A program made the position numbers and the translations under genes. The notes under the pieces were generated by a model, which searched no databases, was not told the DNA's origin, and saw only the letters and a program-made list of their open reading frames with translations. 64,000 nucleotides of DNA from a virus, in IMG/VR virus record IMGVR_UViG_3300042868_004707, positions 1-64,000 of that record, one strand, 5' to 3'. This document shows positions 37,201 through 46,500 of this stretch, piece after piece; positions within the stretch are counted from its first letter, which is position 1, and each line of letters begins with the position of its first letter.

Positions 37201-40200
37201 GAATATGGGGTGTATCCTTTTTGTTTGAATACATCAGCTCTGAATATTTTATATGCTTCAAGAGCTCTTTCAGCTTCTTCTTCTTGACCAGCTCTCACTT
37301 TTACATACCCACCTTCTGTAATAGGTTTAGCAGAAGTCATTGTTTCAAAGATCACCTCATCAAGTATTGTAGGATTTTCATCTCCAACCTTTGATAACTT
37401 TTCTCCTTTTTCATTAACAAAGAAATCTCCTTCAGGTGTTTGTAATATAAACACCTGTGCCATAAATCCTAATTCAACATTAGTTTGATCTGCTGTTAAA
37501 GGCTCTGTAATATTCTTTTCATAAGAAAGCTGTACAATTCCTTCTAAGCCAAGATCTTTAGCATTGTTAGGAGTGACAATAATCACTTTATACTTGTCTC
37601 TGTTGTTAAAGAATTTTAGATTGTTTAAAAACTTTCTTGCTCTAACAATATGTGGAAGTTTATTTTTAACCTCTCCAGCTGTATCTTCAGAAGGAGTAGA
37701 AGTTGATAAGTATAAAATACTAGCATCTTTTCTTTGCTCTTCAGATCCTACAATATCTCCTTCTTTAGGATTGATTGTAACCACTGTAGCAGAACCTTGT
37801 TCCAACTTCTCTTGTTGTTTATCAAGAGTTTCTTTATCCTTTGCTAATTTCTCTTCTTCTGTTTGTAACTTCTCATATCCTTTAAGTGCAGAAACATTAA
37901 TGTTTTGAATGTTACCAGCTAAGTCTTCCACCTTCACTGTACCATCTTCATTTAATCTAATAACCTTCACTGTAGTTAATTCTGAGAAATCTACATTAAG
38001 ATCATCAGCAGCTTGTTTAGCTTCTTCTCTACTATCATAGTATTTAACTTCTCCATTAGGAGATGTCACTTTAAATTGATCACCAGTTTTTCTAACCTTA
38101 GCAGGAGAAAAACCAGGAACTTGATATTCTCTACCAACTTCTGCTGTTTCTTTCTTACCAAGTTTATTTAAGAATCCAAACTTCTCATCTTGTGGAAACA
38201 ATGATGCTTGTCCTTCTTCTTCTTTTTGTTTTTGTTTTTCTTCTTCTTGTTTGAAATATTTATCAAATCCTTCTTCTGTAGAAAGATCTTCAAACTTTGT
38301 AGCTGCTGCTTCTTTTCTAGCTTCTAATTTATTTAAGTCTTCAGCATATTCTCTAAGTCCTGATGTTTCATCAATTCTTAAATTACCAAATGATATTCCT
38401 GGAGAAAATTCTTGACCGTTAAGTTCAAAATTGATCAACTCATTGAATAGTTTAGGATCAATGTTTTTAGAATTTAAAGCAATGCTTATTTTCTCAGATA
38501 AAGTTCTAAGTTTCTTAATCTCTTCACGTTTAGCTTTTCTTTCTGTAGGAGATAGATTAGCAAGAGATTCACTTAATTGATTTGCTTTTTGCTCATAAGA
38601 GTTACTTAATTCTTTTAATCCTTTATCACTTGTTGTTAATGTTAAAAGATCATTTGTAAGAAGAGGATTTACTTGTGATATAGATGTTTGTATATCTGCA
38701 ATTCTTTGATTAGTATCTTGTTGAAGATATGATAAATGTGAAAGATCTGTTTTCCAGTTCTCAAACATACCATACTTTAATGCTTCATTTTTCTCATCAT
38801 CTGTCTTAGGATCTATTATTCTTTTGTAAGGATTATTGAACGTAAAATTAATAGATGTTGATATATCATTAATGTTATTAGCTTTTTGTATTAATGCATC
38901 AACATATCCAGTAACAGTAGATTGGTTTGAACTATTAAAGTCCATACCAAATGTTTTCTCAAATTCTTCTTTAGGAAGATCTTTTAACATTTCTAATTGT
39001 TCAATTGTAACATCATGCATTCCAATTGGAATTCTTGAGTTTACAAATCCAAAGAACATGTCAGCTTTTAAATTTTTATACTTAAAAATGTTTCCAGCAT
39101 TAACAGCTTCATTCATCTGTTTTGCAATCTCTACACTTCTAGATGTATCTTCATACTTATTAGAAAGTACACCTGTCATTCCATATTGGTTCAATATGTT
39201 AAGTGTACTATTAAGTCTTTGATTATCTGATTTTGATTTACCTGTAACTCTATCTACAATAGGTCCAGTGATAGCAGCTGTAATACCACCAATCACCATA
39301 CTTTCTATTCCTTCAGAAGAACCAAATTGTTCAACCATTCCTTTAGTAGTAGAAGTCATTGCTTCTTTTACAAAGTCCCAGCTTTCTTTTCCTTGTGCTT
39401 TATATTTTCTTGTGTAATAATCTTCTACACCAACTTGTGCAGCAAATTGTCCACCTTCTTCATACACCCCTTCTGTAAATACATTGATTGCTTTTGGTTT
39501 TACAAACTCCCAAGCTTTACCAGAAAATGTTTGTGGAAGTTTTTTCTCAAATGTATCAAGAGTTCCTTCTTTAAGACCTACTTTTCCTGCAGAACCAAAA
39601 TCACTTAATGAAGAAGATGTAACTCCTTTTTGTGCTCCTGTAAATGATTTAAAAATATTATCAAACTGTACAGCATTAGATACAGTTAAAAGAGCCATGT
39701 TAATACCAAATCTAGTATTCATAGCATCTGTAGCATAATCTTCTATTTGTTGAATTGCTTCTGGTGTAGGTTCTTCACCAAAATTATCTAATTTATATTG
39801 TTCTGTAAGCTCTTCTTTTATTGTTCTATATGATTCTCTTGACTCAATAGCTGCTTCAGTTCTTGCAGATCCATATACAGACATTCCATATCTAAATCCA
39901 CTATTGATTTTTGTAGCAGCAGCAAGTTGACCAAGTCTTTCAATATTTAATAAAGTTTGTTCAGATTTACCAGCAGCTCTTGCAAGATCTAACACTCTAT
40001 CAACTTTGTTAGTACCTGCAAATAATTTATTTAAATATAAAGAAGCTTTACCTAATTGTATACCAACTAATGGAATAGCACCAACTCCTTCTGTAGCAGC
40101 ACCAATAATAGCATCTTGAGCAACAGCACCAGCAATTGCTCCCACCATAAATCCTGAGTTCTTTAATACTTTATCTCCCCAGAAGTTTGCTGATCCATAT

Positions 40201-40769
40201 GTAAAAGGAATAGCTGTAGCAAGTCCTCTTGATTTTTCATAATTTGTTACATAATTTGGAAAGTAGTCTTCTACATTTCTCATCCATGTATCAATAGAAG
40301 ATTCATATCCATCAGGATTTGAAAGATCTGATAAACTTCCATTTTTAAGTGCACTTGCTGTATTAGGAATTGTAGCAAATGATTGTCCAAATGTTCCTAA
40401 TGCAAATGCTCCCATTTTAACAAGACCGTTTCCTAATTGTGAAAGTCCTGATTGTTGTAAACCATATACGTTCTCAAGATTAATCCCTCTTTCATATAAT
40501 GGGTAACGCTGGTTTGCTAAAAGTTCACTTCTAGAAACCATAGAAAATGGAGAATTAGGAGTCATTGGTCCATTTATACTCTTGAAACTTCTTGCTTCTT
40601 CTGCAGTTATTCCTCCATAACTATCGTTGAATTGACCAGGTATTCCTAAATTTTGATGAATATTAATTTGGTCAAATGCAGTTAATGAAGATCCTAAAGG
40701 TTTATCTACAGAAGATTCATAATTTCTATCAGAAGTATTGCTTAAAAGTTCGTTATCGAAAATTGGCAT
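28209..40769 (-). CDS. crAss-like virion-associated RNA polymerase polyprotein
   Basis: 4186 aa; GFRIPTQALSS and AGSDFDIDKL (about 31062-31076), the catalytic signature of crAss-like vRNAP. Confidence 0.92.
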   Translation of the reverse strand: MPIFDNELLSNTSDRNYESSVDKPLGSSLTAFDQINIHQNLGIPGQFNDSYGGITAEEARSFKSINGPMTPNSPFSMVSRSELLANQRYPLYERGINLENVYGLQQSGLSQLGNGLVKMGAFALGTFGQSFATIPNTASALKNGSLSDLSNPDGYESSIDTWMRNVEDYFPNYVTNYEKSRGLATAIPFTYGSANFWGDKVLKNSGFMVGAIAGAVAQDAIIGAATEGVGAIPLVGIQLGKASLYLNKLFAGTNKVDRVLDLARAAGKSEQTLLNIERLGQLAAATKINSGFRYGMSVYGSARTEAAIESRESYRTIKEELTEQYKLDNFGEEPTPEAIQQIEDYATDAMNTRFGINMALLTVSNAVQFDNIFKSFTGAQKGVTSSSLSDFGSAGKVGLKEGTLDTFEKKLPQTFSGKAWEFVKPKAINVFTEGVYEEGGQFAAQVGVEDYYTRKYKAQGKESWDFVKEAMTSTTKGMVEQFGSSEGIESMVIGGITAAITGPIVDRVTGKSKSDNQRLNSTLNILNQYGMTGVLSNKYEDTSRSVEIAKQMNEAVNAGNIFKYKNLKADMFFGFVNSRIPIGMHDVTIEQLEMLKDLPKEEFEKTFGMDFNSSNQSTVTGYVDALIQKANNINDISTSINFTFNNPYKRIIDPKTDDEKNEALKYGMFENWKTDLSHLSYLQQDTNQRIADIQTSISQVNPLLTNDLLTLTTSDKGLKELSNSYEQKANQLSESLANLSPTERKAKREEIKKLRTLSEKISIALNSKNIDPKLFNELINFELNGQEFSPGISFGNLRIDETSGLREYAEDLNKLEARKEAAATKFEDLSTEEGFDKYFKQEEEKQKQKEEEGQASLFPQDEKFGFLNKLGKKETAEVGREYQVPGFSPAKVRKTGDQFKVTSPNGEVKYYDSREEAKQAADDLNVDFSELTTVKVIRLNEDGTVKVEDLAGNIQNINVSALKGYEKLQTEEEKLAKDKETLDKQQEKLEQGSATVVTINPKEGDIVGSEEQRKDASILYLSTSTPSEDTAGEVKNKLPHIVRARKFLNNLKFFNNRDKYKVIIVTPNNAKDLGLEGIVQLSYEKNITEPLTADQTNVELGFMAQVFILQTPEGDFFVNEKGEKLSKVGDENPTILDEVIFETMTSAKPITEGGYVKVRAGQEEEAERALEAYKIFRADVFKQKGYTPYSFDISRGIPRQNKINGVRENNNVGVILGDNAEDIIANTEGLIQIVTTGKIQHKGELLSFPAGTTLIQYGDLLDYLNNKNLTNSQANTIFSLVEAISKEMIVQSNTGKPVKINYAYSNFLQNVLYWKSKGDTKTPSQIGIDTINMTFNVGGKAFPLSKVSESKQEIMDVLQNAFITANNTTLKLGTSKTFTEYRADKDGNITKVQWPNYQSYLLSGKNPDGSKRSTEETPLITHTAAPTQTQASYKQKYSYITDGNVLPYDKIPAKPKPAPAQPTVSGGIVIGKYELNSEKVNTFGEFNTGPVLFTGTITPDNRIVVDVKNNETITKLSTEPQLIAAVDGNLRALPENIVTIDLDESTNEEKAKLFVKLRIESELGKTLEAEGSKPAPVVAEASPVQKDRKTEIKEKLKSIEGRSLGFSSTVTPGTVKFTEDGTKVTFVKSQRDQYGRGSEVFEIVYPDGTTDSLVVDYKQRPTSGFSDEKEIPFEADYSENPKALLDELAALEKAPTTTVEEVSDIEAKKADIEKRKEEEIRAASKEVYETGFYKGKEYKGGWIQVSEELEANYNAELAALEGSKPAEAPYDPSKRKRGKNGPSEFRMVGADVSDRMTNAELEEFKAWHAKNASGIPFQILDRMIQVNENEEAWGVFEEGVAKFVRGGLKGTEYHEIFEGIWASFLSESEREAILNEFRNQQGQFTDRQSGKKYDYSDPTVTNRMIKERIADDFADFRLGKIKAKSLLSKIKELFNRIMNFFKTFGTKPSLKESLFKAIDSGKYKEAKISERVKSYAPEYRAVEGLTEQQTNDYVQDMVAQMKMIIFQEGRKDLLFNPEKMSGADVLNILRDEYEELGEIDALGENRYNQLVKRATEYLKTIGVTINADEVVSINDEERTGKEYAQDPFSTDWKKYSTGALKFLLSTLTERNALNQTNIEVGKKLQPAEEKLSDVGFKLLNFNRVFVTLMDRLHNTNDVDVFIEKLVQLAKEDSNYLPLFRALGGNLETHTIDFSNQEFKESDWRLFIQFFNTFSRQKPEAVIQYTSDDLKVYSAPANIFTIINQTVDGWVDNMKVIGKGPGGIISYARQSKVYRINTAALADIPVKKPLEQINFLAKIGVEFPIGTYEALSNKEQIIKGKKSSELKEFTDAVDKIHTYLGKNNELMTFNAEKLDINGPLRTLAELYVKVNNPNQDSTYFGVEGQRISSFAENDAPSYFENDFNESKTLDELLEKRPELKDVFSRGSQILKKGGLFFDKDGNRIAEIKVEYIQGSKNLFTGKNKTTARLELGDRFIQEMNQNINGKYYVLIPGDSSTEWMMNLGNVISMDDILEGNHWDKVYSIYNGYLEDEINLALEDRKQNKYVRDKSQELRFMKDLLPSTIVEKIEKMIEDNTKTFTDIQKEVSKNKEAINASIKSTFESISEDTFNILLNNRKIIQVGENEYMFMGLDSEFISKYRLTGDLSKDQVMNIINFLNLNYEINNIEYHKFIFGDPYQFKTEKGKLDETKRIKSFLSPRRRTFNHPEFNNFLKRTYNSVDGIALEKGVPGNHEYKSHTNTATFSNVDVVGSLANINTAYAKVDETDAMSWLMDNTHKEIALKEGQWSVEAEAFHQWQMAYTRQAFLKKDLFKTKELKEAYEKSALNKRDADLIKKDIPKYKLAVRKPIVSGNKANKTEIDLVLDKTSQMPLYYHMVEGKSLEKMYLKMFDQGIGYGIVVSGRKVGVETPHNIYNAGGKFNESPIENIIEVPWSIYGTQVETMSEGEKTQTRGSQLTKMSSMDLYNNGEAIGATPERQKEIKEVYEENMKFLNLMNENAYNTLLERLGVVDIDGDFVMENGSAVSATLMGEMLRRELSENAKDTIELNPETQQFLIPFEASPSYLQIKSILYSLVNNALVSPKMSGAPHVQVPVTMFEKATEGRDLVRKIDGEWKKITRKEYDTLTEEEKKDVMLTDSTLKFYTPESPYCEVMLPNWFAKELKKGKLKDYADDQLIDYLNKTPDGKKILSGIGFRIPTQALSSVEVFRVKAFLPEYMGYTVVVPSEITTKAGSDFDIDKLSTYLKSIYVDENGDVRLVSYKGSEQATKDFYSKVWETTIQKEIDKIEKYDEFRSKTIDVLKLIERASVEGTSDIASLMTNDQIDFFNYHYTLLQEMIDQSSEKGLSPSEYIINQQAKLDESKNELAIKKLNDQLKLDYVKKMYKKALENEYYVSLEKLLTLPENFNRLISPVDDGGLETMSEVLDDAKGYDEGDIKARLINRNYMTNLRHAFITGKRWVGIAAVNITNLSLRQKSKVYLDDSKIALLDKRERSFVKDLDIILPHNTVDINGRKYVSLSGTMTEDGTQLISQRLSGYATAFVDIANKPFITKIIKSDTVVSTFMFLESIGAGNSGIYFLNQPIIDKYLEYLDSKGSKNVMSNDDLDYIKSLFPTTEQQLKDTKISVDGLLKNIEEYGEKKKFDAKKNAEQQLILNEFVKYKILADQLFSYTQATNYDTTRFSSSDTYLKKEWGTMNAANYNLISNVNDVLAKTFIGKLSELLSNSYQALGAVMVTENPKIKAYTLSTLKRYATKKYMSLNDYEKISNLIKNSFIDFVIQNNTTVREMIEPFLINSATSIVNKLEQAKQKYPSNQLIQDLAPVLGNREGSAKSITIKANIKDAYSENLYTGMMRELRDSENSDLKELYDDIINVSILQGTGQSAISIRNIIPIEDYSKKIAPIFQQLQTSNSLKAFENAMFERNNFTNSELFEDFKPVIWKPFPNRNTGEYDKEQYMFDPITGENKLIHTFPNFSIAGFGANRTLVKLSEQYNSFQLASDFIKVPKVISDKEGKKFNVETGTEISKADYAYMMKKGDFNLFDAYYYKKVYTKSLDEFGNPIPLSTYDEKVGRQYYYKLINVYGDGNRAVEMNTNFTRSVIDNGSMRVSNEMSDDQIVSMINPGIAEEVVSLPAEVSAEQVVQPGEQLGLFEDKLTLKDGKEYNKSDINSNMLEALGYNPKEIGKILKSIC
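35487..35712. repeat. 19-bp direct repeat encoding ELAALE within the vRNAP linker
   Basis: TTCTAAAGCAGCTAACTCA at 35487-35505 and 35694-35712. Confidence 0.75.
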
Positions 40770-40775
40770 ATTATA

Positions 40776-43418
40776 TTATTTAAATAATGTATCTATTGTT
40801 TTTGGTCCTATATTATATAATAATTCTTGTAATCCCATTTCATTTAAATATCCTCCTTGATTTAGAATTTCATCTTTCCATTCTTTACCATCATTATAAT
40901 ATAGTCTAATTTGAAATTTATCATTTTCATCTCCTATATTATTAGGACTTCCTTCAACATCCACTCTAACGTTAGGAGCAATTCTTGTATTATTTATTCC
41001 AGGAAGCAATGGACTATATCCAGATATACCAGCTGTAGATGCATTTATTATATCTTCTTGATTTGTTGTTTTCTTTGCAGAACTATTAACAGAATATTTA
41101 ATATCTGTAATTGGATTTATGTAAGAATATTCAGGTAACCAGTTTTGCATTTCTACAGGAGTTAATGGAATTTTTTGAGAAACTCCATCTGCACCTGTAA
41201 TAAAAAGAGTTCCTGATCCATCTTTTCTTTTTTGAAGATTATAATTTGCTTTACCATCTTTTCTAATTCCAGCAACTGTAGTAGGATTAAAATCATTAGG
41301 ATTATCAGAATCTAAACTTCCATACTCGTTATAATCTTTTAGTTTCATAGCTATAATCTGATCTATTGTTGACATATCAGCTTTGTTCTGTTTACTAAAC
41401 TGAATTCCCATAGCTTGTAATTGAGGATCGAGATCAGCAATCACTTTTGATTGAGCATTATATTTATCTATTGTTGCTTTTTTAACTTCACCTGAAACAG
41501 TATTTGCTAAGTTTGAAAGTTTAGTAAATATTGCTTTTTGAGAATCGCTAGATGGTCCATTATTATAAGTGTTATATAATGTCAATGCTAATGGATATTG
41601 TTTTGTACCTTTATATTGATCTAAAATAGATTTATTAATTTTAGTTACTTTCTTACCACTAGTTCCTTCTCTACCCATTGCAAATGAATCAGATTGTTCA
41701 TAAGAATGTTTATTCATTGCAGAAATGTAAAAATCATAAAGTTCATTTGATGTATAATTATCATTTCCAATCTTTAAACCTTTTTCACGATTGATTACAT
41801 TACCTATTTCTTTCTCAAAAGGTTGTCCTGCTTGAATAGCAGCACTTGCCACTTTACTTTTTTGATTAAGTGTATATTCTAAATTATCTATGTTTTCAAT
41901 TAATTCTCTTTGTTTGTTATCTGTTATAGAATAAGGATTATTTCTATATTTTATATATACATCATTAGCAGCTTTTAATTTTGCTGCTTTGGCTTGTTCA
42001 GGACTCATACCTTTTGTATTAACTATTGCTCCTCCTAATTCCAACTTTGAATAAGTTAAATCATTATCAATAGAAGTAATTTCAGCATTTAAATCTTCTA
42101 AAGAAGGTTTATTAACTCCTGTAGATATTTTTTCTGCTTTTACAATTGGTTGTAATTTTTTATCAGCTTCTCTTTCTTTTTTTGCTTTTTCTTCTTCTCT
42201 AGCATCTTGTTTTATATCAAGAACATGTTTAGCATTCCATTCTATTTGTCTTCTAAGTTCTTTTTGGATATCAAATTCAAATTCTTTTTTCTGCATCATT
42301 GCTTGAAAACCTGGATTGGTTTTATACTCTGTAGAATAACTTTCATTAGAAAGATCTTTAGCAAGATTAGTTAAATATTTTTGTGTATAGATTTTATATT
42401 TATAAGAAGATGCTTCAGCTTCTGTATCAACACCAGCCATATCTTCGTTCATTTGCTTATCAAGTCCTCCTTCATAAACTAATTCTTTAGCTTTATTTAT
42501 TTGATTTTGAAAAGCAATTTTTTGTTCTGGAGTGTAACTTCCTGTTGCTAATTTTACAGAAGCATCAACAATAGCATCAGAATAAAGTTTTTTCTTTTCA
42601 TTATATGATTTAATAATATCATTTTGAAATGTAATAGGAGTGGCATCTTTGTAATGATATTGAGCTGTAATATTTAATTGTCTTTTATCTCCTTCATCAA
42701 GACTATCATAAAAGTTATTTAATATTCTTTCAGCCCCTATGCCTTTAACTTTTGTAGTTAACATTGTCATATCATACTGAGGTTTACCTCCTTTAGATGC
42801 ATCTAAAGATTGTGTACCATCAGAATTAAAGTATATTGTTTTTCCAGAATTATCTCTTATATAAGGATTATCTATTGAAGAATCAACTTCTTTTAATTTA
42901 GAAGCAAGATCTCTAAGTTTCTTATCTACATCTTTGTATTCAATATATTGACCACTAAAAGATTCTCCAGGTTTTGTAGAACTTAAATAACCATTAACTT
43001 GATTATTAAACCACCACTCGTTTTCTGGAGAAGACTTACCATCTTGTATAGCTTTTTCTTTTCTCTGTTGTTCTTTTTTTAATTTAGCAGTAGAATTTAC
43101 TGCTGTTTGAATATTAGGATCATAAGCAATTTGTTTAGTCATTCCTGCTACAGAGTTTACAAGTTGATAGTTTGAAAAATCTCCAGCTGCTACAGTGGTT
43201 AAATTATTACCTAACTGATTAAGCTTTGATTGTAAATAAGCTCTATCTACATCACTTGCAACTTCTAATCCAGCTATAGCATCTATGTTAGCTTGTATTT
43301 TTTGGTAACCCTCGTCATAGCGTTTTTGTTTTTCCATGCCAACAGCAACCATAGCTTCTACAGGAAGTTGTTGTACGTAAGGATTAAACTGAGGGATATT
43401 ATCGGTAAATGAAGCCAT
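40776..43418 (-). CDS. virion cargo/ejection protein
   Basis: 880 aa directly upstream of vRNAP; FNPYVQQLP N-terminus, helical. Confidence 0.7.
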   Translation of the reverse strand: MASFTDNIPQFNPYVQQLPVEAMVAVGMEKQKRYDEGYQKIQANIDAIAGLEVASDVDRAYLQSKLNQLGNNLTTVAAGDFSNYQLVNSVAGMTKQIAYDPNIQTAVNSTAKLKKEQQRKEKAIQDGKSSPENEWWFNNQVNGYLSSTKPGESFSGQYIEYKDVDKKLRDLASKLKEVDSSIDNPYIRDNSGKTIYFNSDGTQSLDASKGGKPQYDMTMLTTKVKGIGAERILNNFYDSLDEGDKRQLNITAQYHYKDATPITFQNDIIKSYNEKKKLYSDAIVDASVKLATGSYTPEQKIAFQNQINKAKELVYEGGLDKQMNEDMAGVDTEAEASSYKYKIYTQKYLTNLAKDLSNESYSTEYKTNPGFQAMMQKKEFEFDIQKELRRQIEWNAKHVLDIKQDAREEEKAKKEREADKKLQPIVKAEKISTGVNKPSLEDLNAEITSIDNDLTYSKLELGGAIVNTKGMSPEQAKAAKLKAANDVYIKYRNNPYSITDNKQRELIENIDNLEYTLNQKSKVASAAIQAGQPFEKEIGNVINREKGLKIGNDNYTSNELYDFYISAMNKHSYEQSDSFAMGREGTSGKKVTKINKSILDQYKGTKQYPLALTLYNTYNNGPSSDSQKAIFTKLSNLANTVSGEVKKATIDKYNAQSKVIADLDPQLQAMGIQFSKQNKADMSTIDQIIAMKLKDYNEYGSLDSDNPNDFNPTTVAGIRKDGKANYNLQKRKDGSGTLFITGADGVSQKIPLTPVEMQNWLPEYSYINPITDIKYSVNSSAKKTTNQEDIINASTAGISGYSPLLPGINNTRIAPNVRVDVEGSPNNIGDENDKFQIRLYYNDGKEWKDEILNQGGYLNEMGLQELLYNIGPKTIDTLFK

Positions 43419-43458
43419 GTCTTATTTTTATTTTAACGTAACGTATTACGTATGTTAG

Positions 43459-43466
43459 CAAATTTA
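43459..43466 (-). promoter_or_regulatory. Bacteroidota -7 promoter box
   Basis: TAAATTTG on the - strand upstream of ATG 43418. Confidence 0.5.
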
Positions 43467-43531
43467 TTGTTAATTAATTTATTACACAACAGTTGAATAA
43501 CATTTTTAAGTAATTTTTATAATCAAATTAA

Positions 43532-46500
43532 TTACTTAAATGCTTTAACTATTGAGCTTTGTGAATAATTTTTCTTTGTTTTCCCTCCATACTTATTCTT
43601 AGGAGCAACTTCATTCATCACTTCTGTGTTATTTGCAGGAATCATCTCATATTCATTATCTTCGTATGACATATTACTATTTGGATTAATTCCAGGTGTA
43701 GACATAGAAGGTGCTTTTGTTGCAACTTCTTCTTTACCACTCACTTTCTTATATGAATATGTACCATCAGCATTTTGAACAAGTCTATAATTTGGATCAT
43801 TGTATTGTGGATATTTTTGATCAACATTAAATTGAGCCAAAGGATTCATGTTTACAGCTCTTCCAGATTTATCATATCTATAGTTGTATAAGTTTTCATA
43901 TACACCTAATGTTCTATTCTCTAATTTGTTTTTAGCATATTTATCAGCAATAGAATTAAGAGCAGCCTGTGCTGTAGCTTTAGTGTTACTCTTAGCTTGT
44001 TCTTGTCTTGTATATTGTTGATCATAGATTGCCAAGTTTTTTAACTCTGCATCATTCAATGTGTTGATGTTTCCAGAATACACCTGATCTTTCATAGCTT
44101 GGTTAGCTCTAAACTGATCAGCTAACACTTTTGATTTAGCACCATATGTTTGTGCAGCAAGATTAGCCTGAGCAGCAGGATTATATCCCATCATTCTTTG
44201 AGCACTTCTTTGATCAGCAGTTATTTCATTCAATTGATCTTGTAATGATATATCATAAGGAACTCTTAATTGTGGAGTGTATGGTGTTGCTTGTACAGGT
44301 TCTAATTGATTACTTGACATAGCATACATCTCTCCCATCAATTGTTGTGGGTCTAATTCTTCTTGATCTGTTGGTCTAATATATGGAAGCACTTCATTAA
44401 ATGCTGTAATCCAAGGATTTTTCTTATGTTTAATTATTTCAAATTTATCTTCTTCTTTTGGTGAAGCTTTTGGTTCTTCTTTTAAAGGAGAAGTCATTTG
44501 AGGAGAAGTATATTTAATAGCAGCATCTACAACATTATGTATAGGTCCAACTTCTTTATTTGTAGCTTGCTGTTGTAAAAACATTATTTTACCTTCTTTA
44601 GTTGGAATTTTATTTAATGCTTTTTTAATATTAGTAGAACCTTCTCCTCCATAAGATTCAATGTACGTCAACATTTTTTCAGCTCTATCTTTGTCTGATA
44701 AAGCTGTGTTTACAGAAGGAGCCCATTCATTTTCATAACGTTGCATATCATCCCACATAGGATTACCAGTTTGACCAGCTTTTGTAAAGCTCCATTTATC
44801 ACCTCTTCCTTTTGTTTTATATCCATCTTGAGCTTTTGGAATAGAGGTTCCAAACTTAGCTTGTTCTTTCATAGCTTTTTTATCTACTGTTGCTTTACCT
44901 CTTGCAAGATCATCTGCAACAAGTCCATATTCTTCTGCTGTATCATTAATAGCATTCTGTAAATCAGCAGCTTTTATTTTCTTATCTGCTATAGATTTAA
45001 GTTTCATGTTACCTCCTTGAATGTTTGCTTCTAATGCAGAAAGTTTTAATCTATCAAAAGAATTTTTTACATCAAGACTATTCAACTCATTGGTTGATTT
45101 CTCAATAAGTTTATTTTGCTTAGCTTCTGTTTTAGAAAGATCAGCTATATAGTTTTTAAATTTCTTACCTTTAGCTTTAGGATCTCCTAATAAATCTATG
45201 TATTGATTAGGTATTTTTAAATTACCATATACAACAAGACTTTCTTCTCCTGAAGATCCATCTTTTAGTTTTACAGCAGGTTCTCCTCTTTCCACTTCTA
45301 CAGGATTATCACCATATGTAATACCAATACCAGTGTTACCTTTTCCATCAGACTCATCGTGAGATTTTCCTCTGAACATTACAGTTTCTCCACTACCAGG
45401 TAGGTATGGATTTTCAGACATAGGTTCAGCATATCCACCCCAATGCGTTTGAAGTTCACCACCCATAGCATAAGTTTGCATAGCTCTTTCACTAGGTTCT
45501 CTATAAGCTTTTAAATGTCCACCAGCTCTGAATTCATCTTTATGTGCAAAATCAGCAAAGTCTTGATCATTAACATCTCCAAACATTGTAATCACTTGTG
45601 GATTATATTCAGGATTCATGTATCCACCATTTCTCATATAAGATCCATATTGTGAATGAACAGAATCTTTGAACTGAGAAGCCATGATTCTATTCATATT
45701 ATTTTTAGTTCTTGCTTCAGCTTTTCTTTGATCTCTATCATTTGTATCAAGTAATCCACCAGCAAATGTACCTACAGTTTGACCAATTGCTCCACCTAAT
45801 GGACCACCAATAGCTGTTCCAGCAAGACCACCAATAGTACCACCAATTTGTCCACCACCATCATTTCCTGTCATATTACCAGCAAGACTAGAACCCATTC
45901 CTCCAATTGCTCCCCATGGAGTTCCTCCTCCACTAGCTCCACCCATTGAAGACATCATACTAGATGGATCAAACATTTCTGCTCCACCTTGTGCTTTAGG
46001 AAGGTATCCTCCCATTCTATATGATTTAACTTGGTTTACATTATATAATGGTTCATATTCAAGATCTGAATAAATATCATTTCCTCCTTCATATGTATTT
46101 TGTATCTCTGTTGGGTTACCACCAACCATTCCTCCTTCTTGTAACCTAGCACCATTTCTAGCAAGAACATTTGTTCCTACACCATATACAGGAAAGAATT
46201 CTTCACCTGTCATTTCAGGCATCATTGCATTTGCTTTCTTTCTTGCATTCTCAGTGTATTGTCTTAAGTCATCAACATCTGTAGATTCAGCTGCTCTTGC
46301 TTGAACATCTGTAACATTTGCCCATTTCTGTGCTTCTTTTTTAGCTCTTCTACCTGCTCTTAAGTTTTGATAACCAGAAATAAGTTCTCCAGCTGGTCCA
46401 GCGAACTTACTAACTTGATTTCCAATGTTATTCATTTTTCCAACATTAGTGTTAGGTCCTCCAGGAGAAGCGTATCCAGACTTATCATCTGCTAATGTAG

